A DNA stretch of 64,000 nt, from contig DAHWNL010000049.1 of the NCBI GenBank assembly GCA_027339965.1, forward strand, positions 1 to 64,000, given 5' to 3'. Every line of letters starts with the position of its first letter. Position 1 is the first letter of the stretch. This DNA comes from Granulicella sp. GTDB lineage: Bacteria > Acidobacteriota > Terriglobia > Terriglobales > Acidobacteriaceae. A program made the translations under genes and the position numbers. The notes below the pieces were generated by a model. That model did not search any database and had not been told where the DNA came from. It saw only the letters and a program-made list of their open reading frames with translations. Positions 61,488 through 64,000 of this stretch are shown one piece after another.

Positions 61488-62255
61488 ATGACGATCAACA
61501 CCTCCGAAGTCATCGCACCGGCATCCAATCGCGTCGGCGCAAATGCGGACGGGCCGCACTCCGGCGATGTCATCGTAACCGACAATCTTTGGAAGACCTA
61601 CGAGATGGGCGACCAGTTGGTTCATGCCCTGCGCGGTATCGACATTCGGATTCAGCACAACGAATACGTTGCGATCATGGGACCATCCGGCTCTGGAAAA
61701 TCCACGCTGATGAACCTGATCGGATGCCTTGACAGCCCCAGCGAGGGCCGCTACTGGCTCAACGGTCATGATGTCTCACAGCTCAACGACGATGAGATGG
61801 CTCGCATCCGCAACAAGGAGATCGGCTTTGTCTTTCAAACCTTCAATCTGCTGGCCCGGGCCACGGCTCTCCACAACGTCGAACTTCCTTTGATTTATAA
61901 CGGTACCCCGGCGGCAGAGCGATTGGAGCGCGCCAGACAGATCCTTAGTTCGGTTGGCCTTGCCGAGCGCATGAACCACAAACCGAATGAACTCTCCGGC
62001 GGTCAGCGTCAACGCGTCGCCATCGCTCGGGCGCTGGTCAACAAGCCCTCCATCATCCTGGCCGACGAGCCCACAGGAAACCTCGACTCGAAGACATCCG
62101 TCGAGATTATGGCTCTCATTGACAAGCTTCACTCCGACGGAAATACAATCGTCCTGGTGACTCACGAGCCGGACATCGCCGATTATGCCCACCGCGTCAT
62201 CTCCATCCGTGACGGCTCGGTTGAGGCTGACAGGCTCAGCGACCGCGTTCGGTAG
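61488..62255 (+). CDS. ABC transporter ATP-binding protein (MacB/LolD type)
   Basis: [37 protein letters not shown]. Confidence 0.95.
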   Translation: MTINTSEVIAPASNRVGANADGPHSGDVIVTDNLWKTYEMGDQLVHALRGIDIRIQHNEYVAIMGPSGSGKSTLMNLIGCLDSPSEGRYWLNGHDVSQLNDDEMARIRNKEIGFVFQTFNLLARATALHNVELPLIYNGTPAAERLERARQILSSVGLAERMNHKPNELSGGQRQRVAIARALVNKPSIILADEPTGNLDSKTSVEIMALIDKLHSDGNTIVLVTHEPDIADYAHRVISIRDGSVEADRLSDRVR

Positions 62256-62422
62256 ATCTGCGGCCTGCTTGCGCGGGATCCTTCCCTGGGAGCAAGCCGA
62301 CTGCGGCGCTGGAATCGTTGTGGCGAAGAGTTTTCCCCGCTCTCTCTATTCTGAACGGCGAACGGTTGCCAGAGATGTTCCTCTGCTTACCGGAACACTC
62401 TTCGGGCATCTAAACTAGGAGT

Positions 62423-64000
62423 ATGCGGAAGCGCTTCCGATGTCTGCTGCTGGTTTGCCTGCTTCTCTCTTGCTGCAGAGCAAGCCGTGGCGATGCCCGC
62501 TTTGACCTGATCGGCCCGAAAATCGACGTTCGGGTAACACGCGGTGATCAGACGGTGCCCATCGCCTCGGTGCCCAGCCTCCTGCCCGGCGACAAGATCT
62601 GGATTCATCCTGAACTTCCCGCCTCGCAGTCGGTTCGTTACCTTCTGGTCGTTGTCTTTCTTCGTGGTACGACTAATCCTCCGCCGCCAGCCTGGTTTCA
62701 TCGGATCGACACATGGGAGCACAATGTTCGCCTCGAGGGAGCCACGGTTACGGTTCCCGCGGAAGCTGAACAGGCCCTGATGTTCCTGGCCCCCGCCACG
62801 GGTGGAGACTTCAAAACGCTCCGCGCGGCAGTGCGCGGACTCCCCGGCGCGTTCGTACGCTCCTCGCAAGACCTGTTCAATGCCGGCCTGGAGGAAGGAC
62901 GCATTGAGAAGTACATTGCCTCCATCCGCCGCGTTCCTCCCTCGGACCCTACCAGTCTGCTCGATCACTCCAACCTGCTGGCTCGCACCCTTGAACTGCA
63001 GCCGAATGAAAACTGCTTCAAGGAGCCGGTCGATATGCAGTTCACCTGCCTGACCCAAAGCGGTTCCCAGATTGTGCTTGGCGGTGGGGGAGGACAGACC
63101 ATCAACAGCCTCCTGAGCGGGTCTACGGCAGATCTAATCAACCAGGCGAGCTACGCACCTGCCGCCGGTGGCGGCCTCTACTCCGCCTATGTCGGCGCCA
63201 TCGTCGACGTCGTCAAAATTATGGGCAATCTGCACACCGCCCAATATCAGTACATTCCCGCGATCAGCCTGCCGCAGGACGATGCCATGAACCTGCGTTT
63301 GAACACGCCGCCTTCCTTTGAAAATCCAAAGTCGGTGCTGGTCATCGCGCTTCCTCCGGTAAAGCCCACCACCGGTCCGGCCCTGCGCCCGCCGGCAGGC
63401 AGCGAGGTCACCTGTCTCCTCAAGCCAACCGTCGTCATCCCTATCGAAGGATCGGCGCTGGTCTTTTCCACGGACTATGCGCATGACCTCCGCCTGCACC
63501 TTGAACCGCCGCCAGGCGCTCCGCAGGAGCCCGATATTCCACTCTCTCCGGATGCTTACTACGGCGGTCTCGTCTTGCAAAAAGACCCACAGCATCGCAT
63601 GCCGCTGGAGCTCGCGGCGGCAAAACCCTCCGGTCGGGTGAGTTCACCAGCCCGGCCGACCAAACCGGAACCGATTCTGATCACCGCAGAGATCAAGGGC
63701 CGCTGGGGCTTCGATGACTTTTCCGGCCCGAAGGTGACGCTGCAGCAACGTCCAGGCTCCGATTGGACGATCGTTCCACAAACGGATAAATCCGTTTCGT
63801 CACAAGATGCCCAACGTGAGCCGACCTATGATCTGATTGCCGGCCACACCGCCACCCTCCTGCTGGACTCCACAGGCTCAGCCTGCGTTGACAGCATCTC
63901 TGCGCATCCCGACGGGCAAGCTCCTTTTCCAGTTACGTTCAAGCGTACTCCCAAACCGGGCGACTTGAATCTCTTGGCCATTACACTACCCCTCAACCAA
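62423..64000 (+). CDS. Large exported hypothetical protein, truncated by the window end
   Basis: AGGAG RBS then ATG 62423; signal peptide MRKRFRCLLLVCLLL; FDLIGPKIDVRVTR, LRGTTNPPP, GGDFKTLR. Absent from the ORF track, consistent with no stop inside the window. Confidence 0.75.
   Translation, partial: MRKRFRCLLLVCLLLSCCRASRGDARFDLIGPKIDVRVTRGDQTVPIASVPSLLPGDKIWIHPELPASQSVRYLLVVVFLRGTTNPPPPAWFHRIDTWEHNVRLEGATVTVPAEAEQALMFLAPATGGDFKTLRAAVRGLPGAFVRSSQDLFNAGLEEGRIEKYIASIRRVPPSDPTSLLDHSNLLARTLELQPNENCFKEPVDMQFTCLTQSGSQIVLGGGGGQTINSLLSGSTADLINQASYAPAAGGGLYSAYVGAIVDVVKIMGNLHTAQYQYIPAISLPQDDAMNLRLNTPPSFENPKSVLVIALPPVKPTTGPALRPPAGSEVTCLLKPTVVIPIEGSALVFSTDYAHDLRLHLEPPPGAPQEPDIPLSPDAYYGGLVLQKDPQHRMPLELAAAKPSGRVSSPARPTKPEPILITAEIKGRWGFDDFSGPKVTLQQRPGSDWTIVPQTDKSVSSQDAQREPTYDLIAGHTATLLLDSTGSACVDSISAHPDGQAPFPVTFKRTPKPGDLNLLAITLPLNQ

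Noticed and set aside
62387..63647. Minus-strand ORFs in the track
   Set aside because: Shadows of the plus-strand ORF starting at 62423, which has an RBS and a signal peptide.

Overview
A 64-kb, GC-rich bacterial chromosome segment. Its gene content (GWxTD protein, carboxypeptidase-regulatory-like outer-membrane protein, OmpA/PKD protein, short AccA) points to Acidobacteriota, probably Acidobacteriaceae; this is an inference. Left to right it holds: (1) a probable IS end and integrase arm-type repeats beside tRNA-Ser(GGA), i.e. the edge of an island that extends left of the window; (2) a CysL-like LysR regulator, DUF1634, a TauE exporter, a ~270-nt highly structured orphan non-coding element, a GH55 glucanase and tRNA-Pro(CGG); (3) an OmpA-like protein, cysD-cysN-cysH, xdhC-mocA and dapF-ldcA-mpl; (4) an alginate-export porin, a two-domain lipoprotein, dnaE, accA, a CPBP protein, a small Zn-ribbon protein, an amidinotransferase-fold protein, rlpA, thiD and thiS; (5) a ~25-kb probably accessory block with GT4, nagB/nagA/GH20, an RPPP-ending small ORF ahead of an RND efflux operon, a USP and an 8-gene purF-L-M-C-D-N-E-K operon with single-chain PurL; (6) the outer-membrane and GWxTD genes, a MacA-like adaptor with an ABC ATPase, and a long ORF that runs off the window. 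The most interesting signals are a DapF with both catalytic Cys replaced by Ser inside a peptidoglycan-recycling operon, the orphan structured RNA (possibly an IS110 non-coding end), a candidate RPPP arrest-peptide leader, a Cys-to-Ser amidinotransferase behind an attenuator-like leader, and the foreign-looking purine operon. No CRISPR array, rRNA or intact transposase/integrase is visible. All family calls come from motif recognition, not database searches.
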